The position numbers were made by a program, and so were the translations under genes. The notes under the pieces were generated by a model. That model was given only the letters and a program-made list of their open reading frames with translations. It was not told where the DNA came from and did not search any database. A stretch of DNA of 64,000 nt from Caecitellus pseudoparvulus (lineage: Eukaryota > Protista > Bigyra: Bicosoecida): contig CBFFRQ010000071.1 in NCBI GenBank assembly GCA_965644315.1, positions 1-64,000 of the forward strand, in the 5' to 3' direction. This document shows positions 11,458 to 25,399 of the stretch, piece by piece; the stretch's first letter is position 1, and the number at the start of each line of letters is the position of its first letter.

Positions 11458-12384
11458 GGCAATGAGTGTGAGTGCCGGGTGATTAGTGGGAAGCCTGCTT
11501 CATGTAGTGAGTGGTACCGCTCGACTGGTGGTGTGTGATTTGACCTGCGATGTGGCTTTGGCGCGAGGCACGTGACAGACTGGGCCAGAGCACGCATCAG
11601 AGGGTGTCAAGAGAGCAGCCCAACTACGGCGGCGAGTTCCCGCCCTTGCCGTGGACAAGCGGTGAAAAGCGGCACATGGTACACGCGAGAGAGTCAAGCT
11701 TCACCCATGTGTCGTCCACTTCCCGCCGGGGGCTGCGTTTCCATCCCTAGGCGGCTGTGAAGCTGATGCTTGCGCTGACGCCTGCACCTCACCGAGGCAT
11801 CCCGTGTGGGCCCTGCTTTCGGGGAATTGTCGGTTACGCGGCAAGCTCGCCGCCGCCGCGCAGGTCGCGCGCACGACCGACGGAGAAAAATCAGTTCGTC
11901 TATTGCCACTGCGACAGAGTGCCCCCTGCACTTGACGCAACTGCGCAGGGAAAACATGGTTTCTTCGGGTGTCGGCTCGCACCGATACGAAGTGAAGTTC
12001 ACTTGAGCACGAAGGTGACGCACGGTGCCCTCGATGTCCACAGCCCCGGACGGCAAGGGCCTGAGGTGCAGACTCCACACTGCTTTTCGCCCCGGGCTTT
12101 CTTCTGTTTGCACCATCCTGCCTGGATGCAGTGCTGGCGTGTGGCACTTCCTGTGGCAAGGCCTGCCGAGTACCCGCTCAAGATCTTACAAGCAGCGCCC
12201 TCTGACAAAAAACAGAACAGGCCTCATTTCAGGGACACGAGTGCCCGCCTGGATTGCCTGTGGTTTGCAAGCACGCCACCCTTTCTGGCGCTGCCGCTTG
12301 CACGCACCAATCGTTTGTTTTGCTGCCCGTAGCTGCGCTGAGCACACCAGCTTGACAGGTTCGGAAACGGGCGCAGGGCGTATC

Positions 12385-15300
12385 ATGGAGTGTTGTAGTG
12401 TTTTGCGTGTTGCCCAGCGCGCCGATGCTGGGTTTGCGCCCCAAGCCGTGGCGCTGCACCCGGTGCGTGGCGTTTCATGTGTGGGAGTTTCACCTGCGCA
12501 ACTTGCATGCAGTCACGCCTAGCGCTGGCATGTGTGCCAGGCGCGCCTTGACATCCACCACACTTTGAATTTGCACTTTTTCTCCTCGCTCAGGGCGACG
12601 GCAGTCTGTTCCTGGCCCACGGGAACACGGTAGACCACGTGGACACCGGCACTGGCGCTCGGCGCAGGCGGTTCGTCAGCCGCGTCGTCAGCGGCATCTG
12701 GCGCCTGGCCCTGGCCGCCAGCGACGGCGGCCAGCTCTTCCTCTGCATCATTGCGTCCAACGGCCAGTGTGAGCTGTGGGATGGCGTCCGAGGGGCATTC
12801 CTCGCCGTGACCCAGCTGGGCGCCAGCCGTAGCTCCGCCGACACGCCAGCTCCCCTCAGCCTGGTGATGGGCAGCGCCGGCCACGCCCACCCCGTCCTGC
12901 TGGTGGCGAAGGGCGGGTCCACTACCCTGGATGTCATCGGCCCCCACCGTGTCGCGGCGAATCCCGCGAGCTCAGGTCGCATGGCCCGCCTGCGCGCCCA
13001 CACGACGTCCGCGTCTGCCGGCCATATCACCGCCGCATCAGTGCACCCGACGCTGCCCCTCGTGGCAGCTGGCACGTCAGACGGCATGGTGACGGTGTGG
13101 TTCGCCGCCTTTCTGCGGCAGGAGGTGGCGGGCGGCGAGCGTGACCCCCGCAACGTGCGGGCTGGACTCACCGCAGTGGAGTCACCCGCTGGGCCCACTG
13201 GCCGCTTTGAACCCCTGTTCGTGACCACACCCCTTGAGCAGTACCTGGCGCACCCCAAGGCCCTGAAGGTGCATTGGGCCAAGCCAGGCGTGCCGGGGAC
13301 GGGGAGGGGGGTGGCCTGCGGGGGCCAGGGGGGGTGCCCAGTTCGGATGTACCCCCCCCCGCTGCCACCGCAGCCGTCACAGCGGTGCAGTGGCACCCCT
13401 CTCAGCCTGTGCTGGCAGGGGCGTGTGCGGGGGGTGCTCTGGGCGTGTGGGGCGTGGGGCTGCACGATGACGCGCACTTCACCCTGGCCGCCGCCCACAT
13501 GGGCCCATGGCTGAGTCACCTGCCACCATGGGCCCACCGCACGGCGGCCCTGGAAGCCACCCTGGACTCCTCACGCGCGTCGCCCGCCAAGGGGGGGGGC
13601 AGGGACCTCCCCCCCTGGGCGGGTGCTGGTGTCCCGGGTGACACCACCCAGCACTGCCCCGTCGCTCTCGCCTTCGGCACTGGCGGCGCAACAGGCGGCA
13701 CTCTCACCATCGTCTCCGCCCCACCCATTTCAGCTCACGGCTTCGACTGCCTCATCGCCGCCTGTGGCACTGCGCTGCTGCGGGGGGGGGTCAGCGTGGG
13801 AGGCGCCACGGCGCTGCCTCGGCACCTGCTGCATCTGCTCGCGACCGGGCACCTGTCGGCATCTGCGACCAGCTGCTCCGACCCTGCTGCAGCCGCAGCG
13901 TGGGCGTCGGCGAGGGGTGATGGGGTGGAGCGGCCATGCGTGCCGAGCCTGCCGCGGCTGCCGGAAGTGCGGGCGTTTCTGCGAAACGCAGCAGCCGCGC
14001 TGAGCCACCTGCAGCCCCGCGCTGCCGTGCTGAGCACGATGCACCCCTCCCTACCCCCCCTGCGAGCGGGCTTGCCACCCCCCCTGCCAGACATGCTGGC
14101 CACAGCGCTGGAAGAGGCTGTGGCGGTGGCGCTGCGGGCTGTGTCACTGGTGCAGCGGGACGGAACACTTGTGCCGGGGGCAGACGTGTCCCTGCCCGGC
14201 ATGGGCTCGGCACGCGACCTGCCGACCGACCCGCGACCCGGTGACGACCCAGTGGGGGGGGGTCGTTGGGGGGGTCGAGGGGGGGCCTATGGCCGGGCAG
14301 CTCTGCTCCGAGCCGCTGCCGCCTTGGCCCACCTCGCGGGGGACGGCGGCACAGACAGTTCGGCACGTGCGACCAGCTTTGGCGACCCGCCTGGCGCCGG
14401 CTCCGCCTCCCCCCTCGCCTCCGCCGCCACTGGCGCCGCCATCCACAGCAAAGCTGCCTGGTTGGCTGCCAGCCGCAAACCGGCCCACCACGCGCTGACG
14501 CTGCCTGCAGCCGCACGTCTGGCCCTGGCGGCTGGGGGCGCTGACTCCGGCCGAGTCAAGGGTGGGCCCACCGTGACTCCGCCCCCCGACCGTTGCTGGC
14601 GTGGGTGGAGCTGCGAGGAGCCCCCTGCCGTGGCGCGCGCCCAGTGGCTGCAGTGCAATGTGGGGGGGCACACCGCAGTGCTGGCATTTGCCGGGCAATT
14701 GCTCGTCCTGCGCCCCGCACCGTCCCTGCCCCTGCCCCTCCTCCGCCACCTATGCCCCGCACCCCCCCACTCGCATGCCCTGCTGCCGCCCCTCCCCCCC
14801 ACGCCCCGCCCTGCTCCAGTGGAGCTGTGTGACACGACCACTCCGCTGGCCGGCGCTGGTGGGCTGTTCTGCCATGCCCCCGTCGTCTCCCGCCCAGGCC
14901 CAGTGGCTACGTCTGCCGTGTCAGGGGGCTGGTGGGCTGCTCTGCCCAGCCTGTGGCCGGCACCCCCCCCGCACACCCCCCCTGCCAGCACTCCCTGGGT
15001 GGAAGCTGCGGCGCAGTGCCTGCTGCGGTGTGCAGGGGGGGGAAGCGGCGGCACCCCCCCTGTACACCCCTGGTCCGGCATCCCCGCCGCCGTGGCCGCA
15101 GTTGTATCTGCCAAGGCAGGTGCACCGGGGCATTGGCAGGCAGTCCTCGACTCACAGGCCTTTACCGACGCGGTGGGTGCGTTGGTCGCTGGCGACCCCT
15201 CCCCCGTCATGCCTGCTGGCACACCCTGGACTCCGGAGCTGGTCAAGGGGGTGCTTGAAGGGGGGGCTGCTGACGTCCTGGGCGACAGCGAGTCGCCTTC

Positions 15301-18300
15301 CACGCTGTACATCCAAGCGCGGTCTGTCCTGGCAGCAGACACCACCGGGCGCCCGGTGTTCGGGCCTGTGTTCTCAGTGCACGCGCGCCCCGTGGGAGGG
15401 CGTGAGGGTCCCGCCCCCGGACACCCCCCCCCCTCCCCCCCTCCCCGCCCTCAGGGCCCCCCTGCACCCGGTGGAGGCAGTGTGGATGGCGATGAGGCGC
15501 TGGCCGGGACAGTGTGCAAGTCGCGCCACCTGGTGTGGCTGCCTCGCGTGGGTCCGCACGGACCAATTGTTCCGGTGGCGCTGCTACCAGCGCCAGGACG
15601 CGGGCACCGCACACACCTGGTGCAATTCCGGTATGCTGGAATGGCGCCTGTAACCAGTTTGGGGGGGAGCGGGGGCGTGTTTCCATGTGCCGAGAAAGTG
15701 CTTGCGCGCGGGGCGCAGGTCGAGGGGGGGTCCATCCCTCCTCCACCCCCCCTCCCCGACGGCTCAGGCGTGCTGTCACACCACCCCTTGCAGGTGTGGT
15801 GTGTTCTGTTGCCACCCCCCCCTGACGCCCCTGATGGCCCCTGGCGGGTGGGCCCCCTCCTGCATGCCACCAGCGTCGCCTGGGCTGGGCCCGATCGCAT
15901 CGCAGTCTTGAACGGCGAGTCAACTGCTTGCGTGGAGGTGGCGTGCTGGGCGCTGCAACGCCAGGCAGAGGCGCTGGCAGCACAAGTGCCGGCTGGCGTG
16001 GACCTGGCCGCACTGGGGGGAGTGACCCTCGTGCACCCGGGACGCGATGTGCTGCCGCCGCCGCCCGCATCTGCAGGGGGGCGACTCGAGATCGTGCCCC
16101 TGACTCTGCAGGCAGCAGGTGCGTGCGTGAACACGCAGTCGGTTGCATTGCGCCCTGAGTCACCAACACAGCACAGTGCAGACCTCGGCGCGGCGGTGGG
16201 GGTGGTGGAGGAGGGGGATGACCCATTCGCACTGCCTGGCGCTGGGGGCGGCGCACATGCCACATCAGCCCCCACCAGTACCTTCGGAGACGACCCCTTC
16301 GCCTCTCCAGCTCCCCCCTCCACAGGGGAGGCGCCCAGCAGCACATTTGGGGATGACCCCTTTGCGTCCCCTGCGCCAGTGGCCTCGCCAGGTGCGAACG
16401 TGACAGAGGCCGCTTCTGCTGCGAGCTCGAGCCCGGCTGGCCAACCCGAAAAGCAAAGTGAACAGGAAAGCACTGAGACTGTGCAGGTCCAGACTGCATC
16501 CGGCATGGCGTGTCTCGGGGCAGGTGTGACCCTGGCCACAAGTGCCGTGTCGCTGCACGCCACGCCGCTGACGCAAACAAACGGAGATGGCGCCGTGCTG
16601 CTGCTGGAAACCGCCCTTGTGCGGGCAGGACAGCTGCGATCTCGCCTGCAGTTCTCAGACGGCGTCTCGCGCGCAGTGCACCCTGTCACGCCAGCGACAG
16701 CAGCACAGTTGAATGCGCGTGTGCGCTGCAGTGTCTGTAGCGTTGCGGACTTGGCAGCTGTGGGCAGCCAGAAACGAGGCGCCGCATCCGTGCTGCACAC
16801 GCCCGAAACCACCACTGCAGCAGCCTCACAACCCGCCACTCTCGCCTGGTTGGGTGCTTGTGCGGCAGCGGCGGGTGTTGCTCACGCTGGCCACTTGGTG
16901 CTGCCTGGGCCGCAGCCGAAGCAAGGCAGCGATGCAGCATCCGCGTCTGCACCTGCAGCTGCCCCTGCACAGCCGCCCCGTGCTGCGGACGGCTTTGACG
17001 ATTTCTTTGGCTTGTCACCAGCGGAGACTGCGCCCTCCACACCAGCGGAAGCACCTTCCGAGGCAGCTCTGGATGCGGATGAGGATCTGCTGGGCGGCTT
17101 GGGCTTCGTGTCCCCCCCTCCACAGCCGGATGAGGGGGGAGGCGTGGACGACATCTTTGCCCAATCCCCGCGCCCGGCCGCATCAGAGCCCACACGGCAC
17201 GACCTTGAATCGCACGCCAGCAGCCCCCCCCCTCCCACACTGGACCTGCTGCCGGGCGAACGCCTCGTCAGCACTTCCTGGAGCGACTGCTCAGCTGCCC
17301 CCTGCACATTGCAGGCCGCGCGCGACGCTCTCTCGCCACTGCTCTGCCTCGTCACGACACAACGCCTGCTGCTGTGTGCGCCAGACCTGACTGTCCTGGC
17401 ATCCTGGCGGCAGCCCTGCCACGCGCCCACCTTTGTAGCGCACGGGGGAGGAGACTACGCTCAGAGGCGTGATGCGTTTCGAAACGCAGCACTGGATGCC
17501 GCGCTGCCGACGACCGTGCGGCACCTCACTGCCGCACCGCCCCCAGGGGCAAGCATGTCCTCCTTGACACAGAGCTTGGGGCGGGGGGTGAGGCGTGTTC
17601 CGGATGCCACGTGGCAGGAACACGCCCCCCCTATCGTCGCTGCAGCTGGGCGCACAGTGGGCAGCGCAGTGCACACCGCCGGCGGCAGCCCCCTTCCCAG
17701 CCACGTCTCAAGCTTGGACGTCTCCAGCACAGCCTGGGCTGGCTCCTGTCTCCTCTTCACCACTGGCTCCGGCTTTCTGCATGCGCTACTGGTGGACGGC
17801 TCCCTGCACAGCATCGGCAGCTTGCCTGCAATGGGCGGTCCCGCAACTATTTCCCACGTGGGCCCCGACCGCATCGTCGTGTTCCAGAACACCCCTGCAG
17901 CAGGTGCACGGGAGGACTCCTCCGCCCTCGCGCAGCAAGTGACTCGTGCGTTTCACGCAGGCCCCACCCTGGCAGCTGGCGCAGCCGCTCACAGCGCCCT
18001 GCTGAAACGACCCCCGGCCCCTCTGGGCCCATCGACACCCCTTCGGGCAGTGGGAGCGCTGCTCTACGAAGGCCATGCGTTGGCATGTGTGGTGCGTTAC
18101 ACCCACCCCCACGCCGCAGGGGGGGGCTCACTAGGCTCCCCCCCCTCCGGGCGCCATGCTGGGTTCAGGCCCGCGGTGGTGTCGGTTGCCGTGCTGCGCA
18201 CTCTGGTGCGTTCAGGCAGCGCCGACCTTGCTGCGTTGGCGCTGGGCGGGGCACTGGGCGAGCCGCCGTCCCCGCCCAGGTCGCCGTTCTTCAGGGGCAA

Positions 18301-21253
18301 TGTGTACAAGCCGCCGCCTGTGCCCGCCACAGGGCCTGACGATGACGGCTTGGGGGGCGGGCTGGAGGGTGGCGCTGAGTGGGACGCCGCCCTGACGGTG
18401 TTCTTGACTCCAGACGGAACACCCGTGGCCGGCGCCACGGCGCACCTCGCCCTGGCGGCGTGTGCCCTGCGGGCCTCCCAAGCCCCCACCAAACCACAGC
18501 GCGACGCGTTCCTGGTCGCTGCACTGCACCTCGCGCTGCGACGTGCCCCCCACCTCGCAGCGTTTCTGGTACAGGGCGTGCAGGCGCTGTCACAAGCGCT
18601 GCCAAGCTCGCACGCAGTGTCTGCGGCGGACGTTGCCGCTGCCTTGGAAACGCACCTCGTCATTCCTGTGGACGGCTTAAACCCCCTGCCGCTGCCAGGC
18701 TCGCCACTTGCGACCAGCTTGTCGCACATCGCTCGACTAGCCACGTCCCTGGGCTCGCCCCACGTCGGTCGGCTGGCTGCAGACCTGGCGGGGGACGCCG
18801 AGGCTGCAGTGGCTGCGACCTGGTCGAGTCTGCTGGTCGCACGTGACGACCAGCCGGCCCTGCCCCTGGCCCCCCTGCTCGCCCTGCACAAAGCAGGCCA
18901 CCCAGCCCTGCTGGCCAGCATCGTTGCCCAGGCTGTGGCCATCTCGCAGGAGGGGGATGTGGAGGCAGCAGGGGCGGCATTCACGACATCCCCCCTGCAA
19001 TGTGGCCCCGTCAGCGCCGCATCCCGGACGGCTGCCCTGCTCGCGCTGCGGGGACTGGACCCTGTGGCCGAGGCCGCATCCCGTGTTCTGACCACGGCAC
19101 AGGCGGAACACGGCGCGACATACGGCTCCCTGGCGCCACGCACGTACTCACTGGCGCCAGTCGACATCAGAGGCGCATCAGATGGGCCCACTGCCCCCCC
19201 CTCCCTCCTGCCGCCCATCACATCCCCGCTGGACCCCCCCCTGCGAGCAAAGGCCCCCGGGCCGCTGCCTGGCGCTGACCTGCCCCAAGTAGCCTTTGGC
19301 ACAGTGCAGGCAATTCTCGGCACAGCCAGCCCTCAAGACCCCACCATTGCTGCAGCGGCACTGGGAGGGGAGGGCGAGGGCGGCAGCGGAGACACGGCAG
19401 GCGGGACGGGCGATGCAGGGGCTGACATCCTCGCCAAGTACGGGCTGGGCACTGCGACCAAGCAGGTCGCAGAACCCGACGCCGACGCACCTGCCGACCC
19501 CCTCGTCGCCGCAGGCATCACCCTGCCGCCCCTGCCCGACCCACTCTCCTTCCGGGAGGAGGAGGCGGTTGCTGCGTACTGGCGCTTTGAGAACCGGGTT
19601 CTGGCCGATGCTGCTGCAGCCGCTGCTGCATCTGGCGGGGGCATGGGTCGCAGGCGTCGCCGACGCCGCCGCAAGCGAGGGGGCGGTGACAGCGACGAGG
19701 AGGATGGTGGTGACGGCCTGCCCGCCAACCCCGCCAAACTGCCCCCCCCCGCCATGGAGAAAGCCGTGACGCTGGTGGCTGACCTGGCCTCGGGGGGGCA
19801 CCACGGCGTGGTCCTGAGCAGGCCGACCGAGGGCAGTGACTCCACTGGGGCGTCCCCTGCTGGGGCCACTGCCTCACCCGAGGCACTTGTCAAGGCGAGC
19901 GGTGCTCGTGCCCTGCTGGCGTGGTGCTCGCAGTGCGACGCGCCGTTCGACTACGGGGACCCGGGCCGTGTCGCTGAGCCGCGCTGCCTGACTGTGTCAG
20001 GGCGAGGTGGCAGCCCAGGCGCCAACCGCTTGCCGTGGGGTGGAGTCGTGCTGCCCAAGGACGAGGGCCAACTGCGAGGTGCGCACACTGCGCTGGTCGC
20101 ACGTGCCGACGGTGCATTCACACCTCATGGCGCGTGGGCTGCTGGGCTCGCGGCATGGCTTGGGCGGCAGCCCAGCGGCATTGGCGGAGCAGTTTCCGGC
20201 GCAATCATGCCCGTGCGGCGGTTCTCACGACTTGACATCGGGCTGCGGCCCTGGCACGCCTGCACCGGCAGCTGGTGTGTGGAGGCGTGGGCGTGGGTGG
20301 CACCTGGCGGCGGGACAGACTCCGCCTCAGAGTCAGCTGACGCCTCCCCCACCCACTCTGACTCAGAGGACGACGGCCCAGTCTTTGTCCCCCCCTCGCC
20401 CATGGACAGGCCCAGTGTGCTCCTGGCCCGCCTGGAGCCTGAGGGGGGTACTGTGCCCCCCTCCGCCACCTCCCTGGCCTGGGCGCTGAGCGTGACTGCG
20501 GATGGGCGCCTGGCGTTCCATGCGGGGGGTGGGCCCAGCACCCCGCCTGTCGCGTCGGAGGCGGGCAAGGTGCAGTGCCGAGTGTGGCACCACATCGCAG
20601 TGGCTGTGGATGCGACGCCCCAGGCGGTGCAGGCAGGTCGCACGGCACTGGAGCAGTGCGTGGCTGACGGTGCGCCCACCACGCCCACACTGCGCAGCGC
20701 CTCCCCTGCCCTGACAGTCACGCTGGTGCTGGATGGGGAGTCTGTCGCCACCGGCACTGTGCCTGCCCACGCCCCCCTCACGCCCCTGACTGACGACACC
20801 CTGGCCCAAGCGGAGGCCGCTCGCCCCCCCCCGCCCACCGCTGACGCAGAAACCGCCACCCTGCCACCCACACAGCCTGCTTGCGAAGTGGACGGGGGTG
20901 CGCTGCTGCTGCTGCCTAACGCAGTGGGCGTGCGTGCCACTGAAGTGCGTGTGTGGAACGGGGCCCGTTCCCCCGATGACGTCGCCAGCGGCAAGGATTT
21001 CGCGCTGGACTGTGCCGAGCAAAGGGCCAAACTGACAGTGAACATCGCTACACCAGCAGCGCCCCAGGCAGCGCTGGGAGGACCCAGTGCCTCCCTGAGC
21101 ACTGCCAACACCGCACCGGCGCTAAAACCGCCGAGTGGCAGCAGTGACGCGCCCCCCAAGCGCAGTGGAGGTCTGCGTGGACCTGGAGGGGGGCTGCGTG
21201 GACCGGGCTCGCGCCGTGGCCGTCGCGGCCGTGGAGGTGCAGCCGCAGACTGA
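12385..21253 (+). CDS. TSET/TPLATE-complex TTRAY (TWD40-1-like) WD40 coat protein with DPF motifs and C-terminal LamG/concanavalin-A-like domain
   Basis: Exon 1 12385-12462 (GTGCGT donor) splices in frame to 12594 after a polypyrimidine-CAG, giving VALHP|GDGSLFLAHGNTVDHVDTGTG. WD40 blades ITAASVHPTLPLVAAGTSDGMVTVW and VTAVQWHPSQPVLAG. The block GERLVSTSW...LVTTQRLLLCAPDLTVLAS...STAWAGSCLLFTT...LLVDGSLHSI...PDRIVV resembles plant TWD40 as recalled. Three DDPF motifs plus GFDDFF. LamG-type motifs AYWRFE, WCVEAW, WHHIAV, LVLDGE, EVRVWN. A second intron or frame change lies near 13270-13373. Confidence 0.75.
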
Positions 21254-21365
21254 CGCTCCCTGCAGCCCCCTCAACGTGAATGCACACACAGCCCTGTTCC
21301 GATACGATTGCATGCATATGCTTGCATTGCGCTGGGAATCTGAACCCACTCCCCACACTCCGACC

Positions 21366-24158
21366 TCAGCCCAGCACTCCCAGTGCCGCCTGCGTCACGC
21401 CCGCACCTGCCGTGACGAGAAATGCTGCCCCCACGTGGCGGGACTTCCAGTAGCTGTTGTGGGCGCGCGTCGCAGCGTACAGCTCACTGGAGCGGGCCAG
21501 GATGCCGCTGGGCTGCACCTCCACATCCACTGCGCCGCCGACGGCGCCTTGCAGTTGGCCGGCTGCCACGTGCAACCCTTCCAGTGCGGCTGCCGAGTGG
21601 GGCTGCTGCGCAGAGGTGCGACGGGGGGGCAGGGGCGGTGCTACGGCTGCACTGGGCTCACTGGAAGGCACGTTCGGTGTGCCAGGAGGCTTCGTCCCGC
21701 TGGCGGCTGCGGCGATGGGGTGACTCCGGCCACAGCCACACCTCGCAGCGGTGTGCATGGCCATGGCTGCTTCGCGCACACGCCCATCCAGTTCGCCCAC
21801 AGGCAGGGCAGGCGGCCCAGTACTGGCACTGCCGTGCGGCATGGCTCTGCCTTCCTCCAGCGCCTTCACACTCGCATCTGCCTGGTCCATGAGGCGGCGG
21901 GCAAGGGTAGCAGCCTGCGCCTCACCCTCAGCCACAAGCGCCTGCCGCACGGCAGCACCAACGTGCAGCAGGGGGTTCAGGCGCTGTGCGACGGGGTCGC
22001 AGCTGTTGTACACATTCAACAGCCATGGCCGAGTGTCCTGTGCAGGCCCCACGCCCGGGTCCAGCGCTGGCGGGAGCCGGAACACGCGGGAAAGTGCTTC
22101 CGACACCGCCGCCGCGGAGAGTCCCCGCGCAGTAAGGAACAGCGAGACAGGCGAGCCCATCAGCATCGTACCGGCGAGAGGGATGATGCTGGGGATGCAC
22201 GGCACGCCTTCGGAGGACCAGGCTACCCCAGGGATGGACTGTGCAGCTGGCTGTGGTGCAGAGATGGGGGCGGCCGCTGCCACCGCCGTCCCCTGCAGCA
22301 GGCTGTCGCCACACGACATGTCCACAGCCAGAACACCGCCCAGGGAGTGCCCCACTAGCGTCACTTGGCCTGGGCATGGCACATGCAGTGCCTCCCGACT
22401 CCCCAACAACAGTGCTGGCCGCCCCAGCATGAACAGACACCAGCTCCGCAGAAGCTGCGTCGCGGCGTGGCGGCGCAGCGCACCCCCCACATGTGGGCTG
22501 GTGTACGTGGCAGCCGTGAAGCCTTGCCGGAACAGCATGGACCGCAGGCCGATCAAGGACTTGCTGGAGGTGATGAGGCCCAGTGCGCTCTGCTGCTCGG
22601 CGTTTGCGACCTGCTCCGTCACCTCGGCGTCCTCGCCATCGCTCGGAGTCAGGGGGGGCAGGTGCAGGTCCTTGCGACCGCTGTACCACGCCACGCCCAC
22701 CCCCTCAAACCCAGAGCTGTGCACAGTGCACCTGCTCACAGCATCAGCCCCACTCGCCATACCTTGTGCGACAGAGGGGTTCAATCCCGCGGCGTGGGCC
22801 AGAGCGCTTGCGGCAGCTGTGGCCTGCTGGCTAGGACCAGCCCACAACGGCAGCTCCGCAGCGCACCCAGCTCGCTCCACGGCAATGGTGAAGCGCGCAC
22901 ACTTGCGCCGCATGCCAGAGGATGAGTGGGCGCCCGTCCCGTGCAGTACCAGGGCCACTGTGCGGGGTGCGCCCAAGTGCAGGCGCACTAGACCGTCACC
23001 CGCTGCGTCCGCCCATTTCGCCAGTCGAAGGCGTGTCTCACCCGCCTCGGCACTGTCCACACCCCCGCTGGGCACGGTGCCACGCGAGAGATGGTGTGCA
23101 GCACGGGCGAGTGACTGCAGCAACGGCTCCCGCCTCTCCTGTGTCGCCCCGCTGTCCAGTTTGCACACGCCGAGCGCCAGCAGCGCACTGCGACCTGCCT
23201 GCGTCAGGCACGCCGGTCGCACCCATGCCCGCCGTCGCACAGTCGCCTGCACCTCTCCCGTCACATTTGCCGCTGCCCGAGACACCGCCTTGCCTACAGC
23301 ACGCGTCACAGACGAAAACAGCCCTCCCCCGCCGCCAGAGGCCCGCCGTGGGCGTGCGGAATCTGCTCCCGCCCCCCCTGCCCCCCCTGGCGTGTCGGCG
23401 GCGTACTCTCGGTCGGCACGTTTGCCGATGGCTGCCAGCTGTGGAGGCGTGGTCAGTGTGGCGGAACGACTCCACCCAGTCTTCACATCTGGAGGTGCGG
23501 CAGAGCTGTGCGCATGGCGGTCCGAGGGAGGGATGTACCAAGCTGGAGGAGGGGGGTCTGACCCCCCCTCCCGCGGGGCGCTGTGCAGCACCCCCCCTGT
23601 GCTCTCATCCAGCCACTCTGACAGCGCTGGTGCTGGGCAGGGGGCGTTCCCGGGGGCCTCTGCACTCCAATCTGCGGCATACTCCCACCCCCCCCCCAGC
23701 CGGGTATGGGGGGCCCTCGCCACGCGCCAGGCGCTGCCCGGGCACCACTCCCACCACATGCAGCTACGCAGCGCATGCTGGACCGTTTCATGTGAGGCGG
23801 CCTCTTTGACATCTGCGGTTGCAGCGGCGAGGGTGGCGGTGCGATGTGGGTTGGAGGTCGCAAGCCGCTTGAGCAACAAGATACTCCGCCAGCGTGAGGG
23901 GGGGAAGCTTTACGTACAAGCACCATGAGCTGCCACCATGCTCGTCAGAAGCAACGCGTGCAGCGGTTGCTCCGGGCTGGGCCCGCAGCCGTCAGGCGTG
24001 TCAGGGTTTGCCGTGCCGCAGCGAGCCAGGTGAGGCAGCGGCAGCTGCCGCAGCTCGTCACTGGCAAAAGGGGCCTCAACAAAGACGGGGCACCATTTCT
24101 TCAAGCTGGAGTTCCATTCCTCGTGCTCCCACACTGTCACAGCCCCCACAATGTCCAT
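21366..24158 (-). CDS. DDHD-family (PA-preferring phospholipase A1-like) lipase with N-terminal DysF/peroxin domain
   Basis: Lipase motif VTLVGHSLGG, then MLMGSPVSLFL, LNVYNSCDPVAQRLNPLL and terminal AHNSYWKS, as in the DDHD family. DysF signatures VWEHEEWN (first exon, ATG 24158), GWEYAADW and VRRRAWVR. Short intron near 23870-23920. Confidence 0.8.
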
Positions 24159-25399
24159 GTGGTGCCTGTCGCCCTGGAGTGGCAAATTCAGCGAAACGCC
24201 CGCGAAACGTCGATCGATTGGTCGGGACCTAGGTGCGCGCAGTGAGCGCGGACAGCCATTGGTGTGATACATCCACACGGGCGTGAGAACGTGTGTGTTC
24301 AGTTTCTTGAAATTGTGCAATGCATGTCGTTTTTCTCTCGCTTTTCAACAAAAGGCGGCAGGAGCATGGCTTGAACTTGGAGTTTTTTGGTCCCAACAAC
24401 ATGTGTGGCAGAAAAGGCGAGCGTTCCTCAAACCCAGCTGCCCCGAAGGCGTTGGGGTTGAGTTTTGTCAAGTCGATACGGAGACTGGGCCCACTGGCGG
24501 AGTTCCATGCGCGGTGGCGTGAGGGAAGTGAAACCTCCTGCACCTCCACAGAAGTCCAAGCGACTGCTCCGTCCACCACTTGGCCGTCAGGCGCAGCCAC
24601 AGGCAAGGCACCCGCTTCATGAGGTAAAGAATGCCTAGATGTATGAGTTATCTCTGAATGTGCCCTGTAAACCCACCAACGGAGGAGTATGTGTCGAGCC
24701 AGGCTGTCGCAACAGATTGCAGCTCAACGCCGTTTGGCGATTGAACCCACGGGAACAACGTGCCCTACATGCAGCGTCTTGAAGTATGTCGCCATGAATA
24801 CAAGGAATGTGGTATTCACTGCTGCCCTTTCGCCGTTCCTCGACGAGAGTGTGGGACTCTTTGTATGAGTCGCGACTCGCGACCCACGCTATGTGCGGCG
24901 CCCCCTGGGTCCAGCATGGAGACATTCGAGGCCAGAACTGGCAACATCTGCTGTTACTTTACGACACCAGTCAGTGACGTGTGAAGGTGGGTGGTAGTGT
25001 GCGCAGCCTGGCCTGAGCCGAGCTTGACCGGCGCTGATGCGCAGCACGTCGTTCACCCACGTCGCAGTTTGCCCCCCTGCGCTCACCTGGGGGACACACA
25101 ATCGTCCACGTTGCCTGGCATCATGCGCTGTCACTTTTCAAGTTGCCTTGACATCATCTCGCATCCAGTCTACCCTGCCATGACGCTTGGCGAGCCAGGA
25201 AGCAGCTGACCGCGAGAAACGCCTTGCTGGGTTTTCCCGGCGGCAGCCTCGACGCGCCTGCACCTGACGCCTTCGCGCACACTCCTGCAGAAAACAGGTC
25301 AAGGCAAAAGACGCCCGCGTAGCAACCCCTCCAAAACCAACCCACATCTCCTACAAGCACCTCTACCTGGCTTGTCACGGCCTCGTGCAGCCCACAGCC

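Noticed and set aside
21751-23928. 725-aa plus-strand ORF
   Set aside because: Antisense shadow of the DDHD lipase gene; no motifs.
24229-25380. Short ORFs and a lower-GC patch between the lipase and lectin genes
   Set aside because: No recognisable motif, TIR or RNA-gene structure; most simply a divergent promoter/intergenic region.
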